Source of the DNA: Octopus sinensis
Lineage: Eukaryota
DNA length: 64,000 nucleotides
Reading direction: 5' to 3'
Assembly (NCBI RefSeq): GCF_006345805.1
Contig: NC_043000.1
Location: forward strand, 144,398,001-144,462,000
The notes under the pieces were generated by a model that worked only from the letters and a program-made list of their open reading frames with translations, was not told the origin of the DNA and did no database searches. How positions within the stretch are numbered: the stretch's first letter is position 1; each line of letters opens with the position of its first letter. Positions 25,076 to 38,949 of this stretch are shown here, piece by piece. A program made the translations under genes and the position numbers.

Positions 25076-27670
25076 TTTTTTTTTCTTCTTTCAAATTTGC
25101 TTCCATTTCTTGCCGAGTGTCTTCCCGACTCCTAGGGCAAAGAAACTCATAGTATACATTGGTAGGCCATTAAACCAAACTCAGTAGTTCGTTCATTTTT
25201 TTTTAAGTTAAATTAAAATACATGAGCAGCAACAGTTCTCACATCGACAATGCTCTTCTCAATACGTGTGATGTACCAGTTAAGACAATCTTTTAAACTT
25301 CTTGCAGGGATGGTAAGCCAGGGATCATTCTCATATAATTTTCGGTTCCCTTCTTGATCATTCCTAGTGCTCCTACGATCACTGGTATTGTAACCGCCTT
25401 GAGATGCCACATTTTCTCAATTTCAATGAGTAGGTCTTTATATTTTCTGAGCTTGTCAAACTCTTTCGCTGAGATATTATGATCACAGGGGATGCTCATG
25501 TCGATCAATAAGCAAACTTTATTGTTTTGGTCTTTCACAACAATATCTGGTTTATTGGCCTTGGTGGTTCGGTCTGTATGTACTGGAAAGTCCCACAGAA
25601 TGGTTACATTTTCTCCTTCAGTTACAGCCTCAGGGTGGTGATTATACCACTTGTCGGCAGTTTTGATATTGTAATGCCGACTTATTAGCCAGTGGAGATA
25701 TTGGCCAACTCTGTCATGTCTTAATTTATACTCCACTGGTGCTAAGACTTTACATCCAGAGATTAGGTGGTCCACTGTTTCAATCATGTCGTTGCAGAAT
25801 CGGCATTTTGGGTCTGCTCCATTTTTCATCACATTGGCCTGGTAGTTCCGGGTTAATAGGCTTTGTTCTTGAGCAGCCAGGATGAAACCTTCGCTCTCTG
25901 CTTTTAGCCCTGAGCTCCGTAGCCACTGATGGGTTTGCTTCTGGTCAACATCAGCTTGTATGCTGCGGGTCACATATTTGCCGTGCAGAGGTTTCTCCTC
26001 CCACCTATCAGCCAATTGCTCGTGCGCTTTCTTCATTGCCATCATTTTCGCCTTCTTTGCAACAATAGTTGCCGTACTTCCCTCGGGTTGTTCAGTTTGG
26101 GTATCCTGCACGAGATCAATAGCAAATTTTTTGCTTTCCTTGATGATAGAATGAAGCTTCTTTCGTCTCTCGTGATTTTCCACGAGCTTTAGCATCAAGT
26201 CATTCGATATTTCGAGATATTTGGCCAGTCCAATTGTGGTTGTTTTGTAAGCTAGTTCAAATTGGATCAGGCCTCGACCTCCTTGGGCTCTGGGAAGGTA
26301 AAGGCGATCTACGTCTGCCTTTGGGTGGTGCATCCTATTACAACTCAGCAGCTTGCGTATGTTTCTATCTATATTCTTTACTTCACTCATATTCCAGTTC
26401 AACACATTGTAGCTATAAGTAACAACTGGAACTGCTAAGGAATTTATAGCTAACACCTTGTTACGTGCATTTAGTTCAGATTTCAGGACTGCACGAACTC
26501 TCCTATAACATTCCTTCCTGATTTTCTCTTTCATGCTTGCATGCTGAATACCAGAGCCTTCATTTATCCCTAAATATTTGTATGTTTGTTCTTGCTCAAG
26601 CTCTCTTATGACTGTGTCAACATCTAACACAACTGAATTTGTGGTCTTCACTTTCCCTTTCTGGAAAGTGGCCTTGGCACACTTCTCAAGTCCAAACTCC
26701 ATCCCGATGTCATCGCTGAATGCTTTCACGGTGCGCAATAGGCCTTCAAGTTCATTATTGTCTTTACCATAAATTTTAAGTCATCCATATAAAATAGATG
26801 GTTTATTTTTTTATTGGCAATTTTATACCCATACCCTGTTCTGTTTAATTCACTTGTAAGGGGTATTAGGGCTATGCAGAATATTAAAGGTGAAAGTGAG
26901 TCACCTTGAAAAATTCCACAGTTGATGTTTATATTTTCTGAGGCAAGTACTCCATTAGAGTGGTATAGTTGGAGATTCGTATTCCACAACGACATATTGT
27001 GCTTCAGGAAGTTTGAAATCACAGGGGAAATTTTGAAGATGTCCAGCGATCTCAAGATCCATGGATGCGGTATACTGTCGAAGGCCTTTTTGTAGTCAAT
27101 CCATGCGGTGCTGAGATTTCTGCGCTTGTTGTGACAGTTCTGAAGGATCATACGATTGATTAGCAGTTGATCTTTGCATCCGTAAGAGCCTCGGCGGCAC
27201 CCTTTTTGTTCGATGGGGAAAATATCGTTCTTCTCCATGAATGCATATGTTTTCTCCGCCAGGATAGATGTTAGGATTTTATACGTGGTGTATAGACAGG
27301 TTATAGGCCGATAGTTTTTTGGAAGGTTGGTTTCGTTATTCTTTGGGAGTAGGTAAGTAATGCCACTTGCTAACCATTAAGGCGTTTTCTTTGGGTCTCT
27401 CATAATTCCATTGAGCAGCTGAACTAGCTTACCGTGTGCGCATGGGAGCGATGTGAGCCAGAAATTCGGCACCCTATCTTTACCGGGGGATTTCCAATTA
27501 TGGGCCTTCGTGAGTGCCTTTCTTAGGTCTGTTATTGTGATGTCTTCCCATGCTTGTTGTTGTAAATTTTGCTAGGATCCTTCAGTTTGTACAATCCAGT
27601 CTGCATTTATGTTGTACGTCTTCTTGTCACTCCAAATCCTTTTCCAAAAGTTTTGAACTTCTTCCATGGG
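25075..27670 (-). mobile_element. Young 5'-truncated R4/Dong-clade LINE (RT + CCHC + RLE)
   Basis: RT motifs KNYRPITCL, QKGCRRG, WIDYKKAFDS, GIFQGDSLSP, HLFYMDDLK; CCHC CRFC..ETVDHLISGC; RLE KPDIVV..LIDMSIP..K..KY. One frameshift near 26770, three premature stops, short poly-A 3' end, TAA repeats on both sides. Confidence 0.95.
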
Positions 27671-27910
<240 letters not shown>

Positions 27911-27911
<1 letters not shown>

Positions 27912-27953
27912 CAGCTTGGAATCGAATTCGGAAGCTTGGGATTAGTAGCCCGC
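27911..27953 (-). mobile_element. Inverted partial copy of the tRNA-like head of the 28358-28619 repeat
   Basis: Reverse complement GCGGGCTACTAATCCCAAGCTTCCGAATTCGATTCCAAGC matches 28392-28430 and the 15.75-kb copy, and runs into (AAT)n. Confidence 0.75.
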
Positions 27954-27961
27954 AATATCTC

Positions 27962-28335
27962 CTTCCAGTAAAACCATCAATAGAAGCGAATATGACCAAA
28001 GACTGCGTGTATTCCATCCCATGCAGCTGTGGTAGCTTATACAAAGGCGAAACATGCCGCCCCCTCGAAATAAGGGTTGACGAACATCACAAAGCTATGA
28101 CACGAGGAGATACTGATAAACAGGCTATAGCTGATCATGTATAGCAAAATGGAAACCACGTTCTCCTGTGGGATATAGTTAAAATAATAGACAGAGAACA
28201 CCTCTGGAAATTACGAAAGCTAAAAGAAGCAGCTCATATGCTAGGACAAAATAACTCCTAAGCAGAGCGAGTACAGATAATAGTAACATATGGAAACCGG
28301 CATTAAGGAAGGATAGGAGAATATTAGATTTATAA
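27962..28335 (+). mobile_element. Penelope-like element, GIY-YIG endonuclease C-terminal fragment
   Basis: CVYSIPCSCGSLYKGETCRPLEIRVDEH...AIADHV...WDIVKIIDRE..RKLKEA, then after a frameshift LSR...IWKPAL. Confidence 0.9.
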
Positions 28336-28357
28336 GCACCGAAATTAATTCCATATT

Positions 28358-28619
28358 TGCCCACGGGCATATAGCTTAGAGGGTAAGAGCATGAGCCACT
28401 AATTCCAAGATTCCGAGTTCGATTCCAAGCAATGATCTACATAATAATAGTAATAGTAATAATAATAATAATATCGAAAAATAACCAGGTTCGAAATTTC
28501 CCTAAGACACCTGATGAAGGCTGGAATGTATATCAGCCGAAACGTTGTGTAAACAAATATCCGTCAAACGCAAATAATGTAAATAATGTAATAATTCCTC
28601 ATCTCTTAAATATAGAACT
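28358..28619 (+). mobile_element. Putative Penelope pseudo-LTR containing tRNA-like A/B boxes, (AAT)n and a hammerhead-like motif
   Basis: Immediately follows the GIY-YIG ORF end. A box TAGCTTAGAGG (28372), B box GTTCGATTCC (28417); homologous to 15475-15797. Confidence 0.75.
28506..28550 (+). ncRNA. Minimal type I hammerhead-ribozyme-like motif
   Basis: ACAC-CTGATGA-A-GGCTG(GAATGTATAT)CAGCC-GAAA-CG-TT-GTGT: core boxes, 5-bp stem II, 4-bp stem I, loopless palindromic stem III (AACGTT). Activity untested. Confidence 0.55.
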
Positions 28620-29867
28620 TAAATATAGAAAAGAGAAAGGATAGACGAAAGACAAAGAAAATCTCCAGAGCAGGAAAAGAAAGATGATCACGTGAGGAAA
28701 AGAAAGTTGAACGATGATCACGTGTGAGCAACGAAAAAGAGAAAGAGGGGAGAGGGGGACTGATAAGAAACAGTGAGGATGAGAAAAATGCAATTAAAGA
28801 AGGATTGCGGAAGAAAACTATATAGAGTAGAGTCGCATCAAAAGGGTTAAGATTAACTTAGGTGGAAATGGATGCGAAGTTTTTAATTAAATAATAATAT
28901 AAATAATATGTGTGTGTATGTGTCTCCAAACATTCAATATTTTTTTGTAAACTGGTAGACAAACATTTTACTATCTACCAAAGCAATAGCATCTACAGTT
29001 TACTAATATGAAAATATCTTGCCCTGAAATTCCTCATCTTAACATGACAGATTGTAGATGAATATATGGTAACTGTGCAACGAACCTATTTCGCATATTC
29101 TACAAGACAATAGCTTACGTGTTTTATTTATTGGTGATATTTAGCATTACGGCAGCATTTGTAAAAGGGTAAAGAAATTCAAATATATTATGTGCAAAAT
29201 AGGATGAGCAACTTAATGTTATTGTCAAGGAATTAAATATAAATTTACGTTGAATTAATATTAATAGCTTAGATCGAATTCCATGAATTAATATAATGTA
29301 AAAATATAAATGTTTCAATGAAATACCTCAAATTTACGAGGAACGGGAATATATAATAGAAATGATTTTTCGATATTGTTTACATTAAAAGTAAATTTAA
29401 TTAATTTTGCTTCATAAATGCATGCCTTTTTTCTGGCATGATACCACTGCTGTTAATGTCTCTCAGATGCTTCTCTTATCTGATATTTATACACCTCTGT
29501 TATTAAAAATAAAGAGCAATCATAAGTGAGTAGCTGCCTCCATTTAGCTTGAAGGTGTGGTTGGTTGGTTGGTTCATTGTTTCTTTCTCAATGATCAGTT
29601 AGGAATTTGCCTAATATTATGTGTATTATACATTTATTTTATTGAATGCAACAAATGTATCAAGTAACATAATGGGTATGTCTAAAAATATATAACTTTC
29701 ACATCTTTCTCAAACGTAACTAACCATCCATTCCTACTGTCATGCATACTTCCCTCTGATCATATATGCAGAAAGATTTATTACAAATATGCGTTTCAAG
29801 CTGTATTTGTTGGACAGTGGTATAGCATCGTTTAGAAAAAGAAACACAATGTATTATAATCTTACCT

Positions 29868-30240
29868 TCTTATTCTTTTATTCATTTATTCGTTTCAGTC
29901 ATTTGACTGTAGCCATGCTGGAGCAGCGCCGTTAGTCAAACAAATTTACCCCAGGACTTGCCGAACCGGTAGGGTACGGGGAAGTAAACACACAGGCATC
30001 GGTTGTCAAGCGATGGTGGCTGGGTGGGAGAAACACAGACAAACACACAAACATACACACACATATATATATATACGACGAGCTTCTTTCTGTTTCCGTT
30101 TACCAAATCCACTCACAAGGCTTTGGTCAGCCCGAAGTTTTAGGAGAAAAAACTTGCCCAAGGTATCACACAGTGGGACTGAGCCCGGATCCATGTGGTT
30201 GGTAAGCAAGATACTTACCACAAATTCAATCCTGTGCCTT
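29868..30240 (-). mobile_element. tRNA-headed SINE family B with CR1-like tail
   Basis: Same head and body as 22600-23012; tail GGCGCTGCTCCAGCATGGCTACAGTCAAATGACTGAAAC. Confidence 0.85.
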
Positions 30241-30469
30241 ATAACTATACAACTATTTGACAATACAATTAAAAGGGTTCCATAGAATATCCCGTTCAAG
30301 AACACATTTACAGGCTTCATGGCTGCGAATGTGCTTAGGTCCTGTACTAAGTAATTCTTGTGTATTTAAGTTCAATTCAATTGCGCTTCGAAATAAACAA
30401 GTTTACTCTAAAATATACACAGGTGAGGCAATGCTTTGGAAGTAAAATTTGTTACTGAATTTCATGTAG

Positions 30470-30504
<35 letters not shown>

Positions 30505-32161
30505 CGTGTGACTGTGTGTGGGCGCATGCATGTATGTGTGTGTAAATGTAGATATGTATATATTTATTTTGCGGTCAAAAACTATTGATAATGAAAGGAC
30601 AGCAATACTTATACATTTGTTCTTATTTAAATGGATTATATCCTTATTTTAAGTGCTGAAATTAACATTGACCTGTAATTTTGAGTATTATAACCTGATA
30701 ATTTAGATCTATCTTTCTATTTTTTTATCTGTTTATGTATCTATTTATCTATCTGTCTACCTACCTGTTGGCCTACCTATCAACTGATCTGCTTATCTGT
30801 CTATCTATATGTTTATGTATCCATATCCATATCTATACATATATGTGTGTATATATGTATAAATAATAGCGAACTTGCAATGGCAGTTGTACAGAGCATC
30901 ATATCTATAAATCCTCATATTCCTGACGTGTCCTTCACCCACTTGCAAGGCAACATCTTCCCCACTGAAAATTAAAATGTGAAAGCAAATATGCTCACAT
31001 ATCTATTTTCGCTAATGCTTAACTTGTTCCCCCATTCGTATTGTAGAACGTGAAGTATTAGAAATCTTTTAGTGAATGCAAACATTCATGAGCGTTGAGA
31101 TATTTCCTTGAAAGTGTATGACAAAACAAGCGACAGCTTGTGTGAACTTGTGGTTCAGATTGTTGCATCCCTTAATTTCTCCAAGTAGCGTGCTGGATTG
31201 CTTGCGCGTTTAGCAAGTTGTAAATACCGTAAATTAATTACGTATTGTTATATAATTAGTTTCCCATTTATTTCGCTAAATGCTGTGTTTATGCACTAAA
31301 TATTTCTAATTCATACTCACGTGTAATTTTATAATGGCACAATCTATCTGAGTAAAAAGCTGGAAAAATATCAGGCGCAGATAGAAAATTGAATAATCAA
31401 TACAAACGACAATAACATGTATTTCAGAAGGAAAGTTTGAAGGTTATAAATTGATTGAACGGAATCTGAAAATTACACAGAAAAAGATGTTCTATTTCTT
31501 TCTAGGTCAGTGATTCAGTATTTCACCTCATTGTCTTTTGGTAACCATTCATCCAATTGAAAATAAAGATAAATTCGTTCTAATTTTTAAGCAGATTTGT
31601 TAGTGTTCTTAATGTTTCTATGGTCAAAATGTTGAAGAGAATGTTCCAACGGTTATCTAAAATGTCGATGAGGTCAGCAGTTATATAAATTGTTGTTCCA
31701 GTAGCTTCGCTCTGTTGCCAGTTATGTACAGAAGAAGCAATTATGTAAATTACTAACATCAAGATGGAACTTTAACTAATAGCATGTCGTTGTTATTCAC
31801 TTAGATCAGAAAGAACTATAAGCTTGTGATAAGGTAAACAGCTGCAATATGAAGAATGAAGAATTGTAAATTTAAATATATATTTTTACAAGTCATATCA
31901 ACATTAGTTGGCAATCTTCTAAAACATAGTCTCCACCCCGAAAAAGTGTATATGATTTTCTAATGTAAGATTATTAAAAATAGCTTAGTCTAAGTACTTG
32001 AGAAGAAACTAATATATGAATTTTATAAACTATATATCAAGTGACACAAACAACTTTTCAGCAATGGGTGTAGTTCAAATAGCATCATTACGTTCATGTC
32101 TATGTGTTTATATTTCAATCATAACTTACTGGTTACTAAGTATAATCTATTAAATATCAAC

Positions 32162-32473
32162 TGTAACCTCTCGAAAGAGCTGTTCGTGACTCCTGCTCCA
32201 GAGCGTGAGTTAAGGGGTCACTCCGAAAAGCTCTATCTACGACGATTTCATCTCAATCGAAGGAGAGGGGCTTTCTCCGTCCGGGTTGCGGATCCGTGGA
32301 ATAAACTGCCGGACGAGATAGTGAAGATGCCGACGACCGCTCGGTTCAAAGTCTCTCTTGACCAGAAATTGCCTGAACTCTTTGTATGAACACTCTCCCT
32401 GTACATAACTCCATGTCCCCCTACATGGCCTTGCTTTTGATTTTTGGGCCCAAAAAATTAAATTAAATTAAAT
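32162..32473 (+). mobile_element. CR1-type LINE 3' end (family A) with (AAATT)n tail
   Basis: LRGHSEKLY...FSVRVADPWNKLPDEIV...FKVSLD; 3' UTR hairpin CCATGT/ACATGG. Confidence 0.9.
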
Positions 32474-33249
32474 TTTTAAAAAATAAAAATTAAGTGTTCG
32501 TACCAAATATTCTTCTATGTTTTATTATATTTACTTGCACAAAGGATCATAAAAGAATGATCTTTAAATTTCTTAAATCATATTCCGACTATGTTAACTC
32601 TGCTTATCACATATTTGGAGTCGAGAAATAATGTACGATTCAAATACTAGAGTTAATTTCATCGATTGTACACTAATATGTTCTATTCTGTTGGCAGACG
32701 GCTTCAGCGTTGTGGATGTGCCGAACACAATGCTTGCGTTAATTAGCCACGACTTTAATGCATCATACCAGAATTGTAAATGAAATAACGGCCATTCATG
32801 TAATAGACGGATTGAATCAGCTCGCGTAACATTGGGCATATTAAGTGGCTTGAGCTTTATTAAGGAAGTCATTTGATTCACTTGCATGAACAGCTGCTGT
32901 GATATATGGAGCTGCCCTTTTTTGTGAGGTAAGTGTATTTTAGACACTGCTCCGTTACACGGCGGGAGAAAATTTTGTTTGTAAATTCACGTAATACATG
33001 CCGAGTATTTTTCGTCAAATTAGTATCCTGCATATTCTTCCACTTACAAGTATGAACATAGTATATGGCTCTTTCACAATATTTATGGCATTTTGGCTGA
33101 CTAAACATACGCATTGGGAATATCTTACTATACCAAAGCAAATAACAAATGTTGAATTGTTTACACATGACACAGTGCAATGTTGTTGTTTTTTATTATT
33201 TTTTGTTATTGGTTTTGATAACTATTTCGTAGGCATTAGAATACACACA

Positions 33250-34720
33250 TCTTTTCGATTTCAATGAGCTCAACTCAATTTCAATGCCAAATTCTTTATA
33301 GAAATATTATGATCGCAAAGGATACACATTTCGATATATTAAGAAATATGCTTGTCTTACGCAACAATATTCAGCTTATTCGCATGTACTAGAAAATCCC
33401 AAAGAATCGTTAAATGTTCTATCTCAGTGACATCCTCGGGATGGTAATTATACCATTTGGTGGGAGCTTGGATTTCATAATGCAGATATGTAGATATTTC
33501 CCAGATTTGTTGTATCCTGATATATACTTTACCGATGCTAAAATTTTACATCCAGAGATTAAGTTGTCTACTGTTTAAAATTTATCATTACAGAATCGAC
33601 ACTTTGGATCTACTTCATTTACCATCACACTGGCTTGGTAATGTTGGATCAAAAAGCTTTGATTTTTGAGAGAACGACGCTTGAAACTTTGTCCTCTGCA
33701 TTTAGACCTTATCTTTTTAGTCACTGATTAGTTTCTATTTGGTCAACATCAGCCTGTTTGCTAAGGACCCATACAAAGATTCCTGCTCCTACCTACTAGC
33801 CAATTGTCCCTGTACCTTGTCTATGCAACTGATATTAGTTACCTCACAACGGTAGTTGCCAAACCTCCTTCATGATGTTCAGGCTGTGTATGATTCTTTA
33901 TATCAACAACACTTTTTCTCTCTCTTAGATAAAGTGAAGAATCTTTGGACTCACTTGATTTTAACGACTTTTAGCAACCATTGTTTCAAGAAATTTGGCT
34001 CGTTCCAGTTGTGACGGTTTTCTATGTAAGTTGTAACTGCAAAAGGCCTCAGTTTTCTTTTGTAAAGACAATGAACGTCTACTTTAGTGGTGCATTTTAC
34101 TACAAGTGAGCAGTGTACAAATCTTTCTAACAATTTTCATTATTTCAAATGATATTTCAGTTTAACAATGAGAATTCCTAAAGAATTTATGGCTAATACA
34201 TTGTCAGTTGTATTTGGCTCTTATATTGGAACTACTCGTACTCACCTATAACAATCCTCCGTGATCTCTTCCATGCTTACATGTTGAACCTTAGAGCCTT
34301 TATTTTTATCTAGGTATTTATAGGTTTGTTCCTGCTCAAGATATTTATAACTGTTGAGTTTGATGCTATGAAGTTCTCTTTCTTGAACGTGACCTTGACA
34401 TATATATCAAGACCAAACTCCATCACGATATCATCACTGAATGCTTTCACCGTATCTAACAACCCACCAGGCACATCGTTGTTCTTGTTGTTGGTTTAAG
34501 TGATGCTCATAAAATAGAAGACTTATTTTCCTGTTGTCAATTTTGTAACCATACCATGTTCTGTTTAGTTCACTTGTAAGTAGTAATAAAGTATGCCAAA
34601 AATTAGAGGTGAAATTGAATCACCTTGGAAAATGTAACAGTTAATGTTCTTATTGTCTGAAGTTAGTACACTACTACAATAATCTAGTTGCAGTTTTGTC
34701 TTTCGCAATGACATATTGTA
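33250..34720 (-). mobile_element. Old degenerate R4/Dong LINE
   Basis: Collinear with about 25420-27000 (for example CCAAACTCCATC.CGAT.TCATC.CTGAATGCTTTCAC, TCACCTTG.AAAAT, ACATCCAGAGATTA.GT) with many indels. Confidence 0.85.
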
Positions 34721-35769
34721 CGTTATTTTGTATTATACATTATACGTTCTTGTAAATTACGAGAGGAAATCGATGCGAGAACTTGGTATATCGACATGTG
34801 AACTGGTGAACTAGAGGGGGTGGTTTGTCTGAAAAGAAGAATAAATACAGGAATGTAGATAATTTACACAGCATTCAGATGTCTGATTTTGCATGTAGTT
34901 GTCTGATAATATTAATGTAATATATACACGTTAGTTAATGCTTTTAACGCCCATGCAAAATTGAATATAGCTGCATATGAAGAATAGAAAAAAAAATTAT
35001 AATGGACGCAAACTTGGTCTAAAAATACTTCGTTGCTCACACTCAGTTATTGCAAAATTTCTATAATACGGGTGCAGAGATTGCGACTGAATTTAACATA
35101 TGTGCATCTCCAGCGTTTTCATTACATGTCGAGGAATTTTAAGCCAGCATTTGAATGCAATGCACTTCAATTAACTAAATTATTTTATGAAAGATATGTT
35201 GACCAAAAAGAGCGCACAAGCATACGATTGCAAAAATAATTTAGCAACCAAAATTTTATTGAATTTTACATTAGATGGAAATATCTCTGCCAAATATATA
35301 TTGAACTTTAGCAGGTTTCGTTACACGTTGTGTGTTTGTACCAGGTATAATGGCATATTCATTACAGCCTATTCAATATGCAACTGGAATGCAAGTTCAA
35401 TATCTCAATATAGCTTCTCCATACACTGACAGCCTTCTATTTCCGATCGAATTCGAGAAGGATTGAAAAGCGATTTCTAAATAAATAGACAAATTTTATG
35501 AAGCAAATTTAATGAACCTCAATATGAAATACCTTACATTATAAAATATATGAGAAATTGTATTGTCATTTAATGAATTATAATGTATTACTCTATGTTT
35601 TATAATAGTTAAATTGCTTAATATTTGTTATTTATGTAGAGAATACACGTTCACAAACGCATATTCAGTCCCATTGCACTTTCTCACATGTATGTTTCTG
35701 TGTGTCTAGAGTATATGTCTTTGTATCTGTCGGTAAATTTGCCGGCCTGTCTCTCACTCTATGTCTTAT

Positions 35770-35878
35770 ATACACACACACACACACACATGCACACACA
35801 CGTTTACACGCACACACACATATGCATGCTTGTATATATAATTCATATGCGTATATATATATATATAAATATATGTAT

Positions 35879-35942
<64 letters not shown>

Positions 35943-35945
35943 CAC

Positions 35946-36003
<58 letters not shown>

Positions 36004-36025
36004 GTATATTTATATATATATATAT
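35770..36025. repeat. Compound (CA)/(AT) microsatellite
   Basis: Directly visible. Confidence 0.95.
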
Positions 36026-37063
36026 GTTTCTGTGTGCATGCTTCTGCCTCCTGTGTGTGAATATATCTCAGTGAGTGCATTTGTCTGTGTGAGTGTTTGT
36101 TTGTACCAGTATCTTAGATGTGACGTGTTTGTATTTCAAATAGTCGTTTCATATGATTTTTTGGGTAATTCACTATTTTTTTTTTTTGTTCAGTTTAATT
36201 TAGAGCGTAAAGCTGATTGTCTTAAGTACCAGTACAAAAACAATATTGTAAGCCTGGTATGCTTGGCGGATGAAGTGTTCAATTGTTAAAACTGTTTTCC
36301 CTTATAAGGGAAATCGGGGTTTCTATTGGCATCAATGTATTTTACACAAATAATTCGTCGTACTGAATTCTTTCAATGAGGGTGGCCTTTGCGAAAGTGT
36401 TGATGCGTCGAAATTTTGCTTCTAAAATAATATGTATTTGAGTATGAATTCGTGCGTGTGTGTGTGCTTATGTGTGTCTGTGTGTATGTATATGCGAGTA
36501 TGTATATGTTTGAATATATGTGTTTTTTATACACCATCCAATATATATATTGTACATACACACACACATGCACACAAATTAGGTTGTGCTATTTCACGAA
36601 ATGTTTTGAAACATAATGCCGCTTGTTTAAGAAAAACTATATGTGTAAGCTACCAAGCGAAGCTAAGCGTAGATAAGTGTATCCCTGTGAGATTTGGATT
36701 TTCATGCGTATGAGTTTTTGCGTTTGTGTATTTATACACACACGTACACACATGTTTGTATTCATATAGATAGATAAACATCTAATAGGGTGTGCCAATT
36801 TTGAAATATTTTGAAATTCGAGCGACATTCTTTATCTTTACATGGCAGCAGTTACTTAAACAAATGACATATCAGCGTGTTTAGGCAAAATTTAGTTTCC
36901 ATTCAGAAAACAAGGTCAAAATTTGGCGTCTATTGAGGCCAAATTTGGTTTATTGGTGCAGTCGTTATTCATTCCTTTTTCTGTATTTTGGGTAGAAGAG
37001 AAAAACTCTATGTACAAACATGTTCTTTCATGTATTTTGCAACTAGTATTTTACTCATATTAC

Positions 37064-37270
37064 GGCGGCGAGTCGGCAGAGGTTTCAACACGACGGTCAA
37101 AATGCTTAGTGTTATTTAGTCTGCCTTTACTTTCTGAGACTGAATTGCGCGAAGTTGACTTTGCTTTTAATTCTTTCGGAGTCGATAAAATAAGTATGAG
37201 TTGGACACTGGGATTGATGTAATCAACTCACGACCTCCCCCGATATTGCTAGCCTTGTTCAAAATTTTAA
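37064..37270 (+). mobile_element. SINE family A
   Basis: GGCGGCGAGTCGGCAG..AAAATGCTTAG..GTCGATAAAATAAGTA..CACTGGG. Confidence 0.72.
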
Positions 37271-37394
37271 ACCTTTTAAGTAAGAATGCTGCGTTGCTGA
37301 GTGACATATATTTGCAGTCATGTCTGCATAGCTATATACCGGTATGGCTTTGTTATAAGAGGTTTCTTTCTTAACCTCATGAATATTGGTCCAT

Positions 37395-37480
37395 TACCAC
37401 AGCGTAGCATGGCACTTTGGGCAAGTGTCTGTTACTATAGCTCTGGATAGACCGACGACTTGTGAGCGGATTTGTTAGAA
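37395..37480 (+). mobile_element. SINE family B fragment
   Basis: TTGGGCAAGTGTCT..ACTATAGC..CTTGTGAGCGGATTTG.TAGA matches the family B body. Confidence 0.55.
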
Positions 37481-37481
37481 C

Positions 37482-37815
37482 CGCTTCAAATATGGCCGCA
37501 CCTCAGTGGAGAGCGAGGCACGCTAAAGCTCGAGGACTTGACTGAGGATTTTCGGCGAATAGTCATGGAAGACTGTTGTGTAATAATCTAAGAAATTTGC
37601 TCACGAAAGGGAATAAGCACAGGCTCAATGCATTGAATTTTAACGGAGGATGTTTGCATGTGGTGATTATCTACTTAATTTGAACCCGCGTTGCTCGCAG
37701 AGCAGCAGAAGCAACAAAGCTTGGAAATCGCTCAGAACAAGCTGGATTGTGCAAACCATCAATTCTTGAAGACCATCATCAGTGATGCTGGCACATAGGA
37801 TTATGGTTTCTGCTC
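37482..37815 (+). mobile_element. Degenerate mariner transposase (N-terminal half)
   Basis: RFKYGRTSVESEAR...GISTGSMH*ILTED...PR.L...LEIAQNKLDCANHQFLKTII.D (ITGDE-like). Confidence 0.72.
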
Positions 37816-38374
37816 GACGTACATCTATGAATGATGTATCCACGTCCAACATGAAGCATGTTGCCCATGTGGCAACATCCTTCATGTATATGAAGTTTTG
37901 GCGGGAAGATATAATCTCTGTTATGCTTTGAACGCACTTCGTATCCTGACATGCAAACGAAAATCTGAGACAGGTCACATCCAAGAATTATTAGCAATAG
38001 TCATATGATCTGAAGATTTTCTAAAACCAAATATGTAAATATAAGAATCAACGAAATATGTTTTATGTCTAATATTTATTTCGTTCAATCCTATTTGCTT
38101 TACCACAGTACATAAGATAATGAACTGTAGATTAGCAATTATTTAAGGAGCTAATTGAACGAAGTCTTTGTGATCGAACAATTTTTGCCAGGCAAGTTTA
38201 GTAACATTGCCGATTCATATTTCATTGCATGTTATAACCGGTCTTATCTTCATGCCATAAGAGTTCGTCGACATGAGTGTACGTTATATAGCAATGGAAC
38301 TTCACCTTTTGTTCTTGATATACTTACTTTTTTAATGTTGTAGCCCTGAACTTCAGCATTTAGATTTATATATA

Positions 38375-38433
<59 letters not shown>

Positions 38434-38949
38434 TGTTTACCTCTTTTTCACACATATATCGATCTACGTCTAACCAATAAAAGATACAACGAGGCAAAAT
38501 AAATTGTAATTAACGCTAACAGAAAGGAAATGGAAATGTCCCTGGTACAAATATACATTGTGAAAAGGCTTCGTATAAATTTATAATTTATCATGAATTT
38601 CGTTGAATATATTTCCGGATATTTCTGTATTTATGAAGGATTAAATACATTGAATTACATCACATAATAATGTCATATAAATACATTGAAAAATGCCACA
38701 TAAGCGATTGTAACATGAGAATCGCTTCAAATTCTATTTTGAATTTCAATATAAAAGCAATTGCCTCTACCTCACTGTGCCTCTTTGTCAATACATAGAG
38801 AGAACATTACACAAATACACAAACACGTTACTATAAAGGCACACATGTATGTATTAGTGTTTAGTATAGCAGATATCCATCCCGAGTCAAAAACTATCAG
38901 AAATTTCTGTCATTATGAATCAATTATTAATATTATAAACTTAATGAGG

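Noticed and set aside
32698-32935. Plus-strand exon candidate ending GAG|GTAAGT
   Set aside because: All three frames from the best acceptor contain stops, and a shorter version is indistinguishable from chance.
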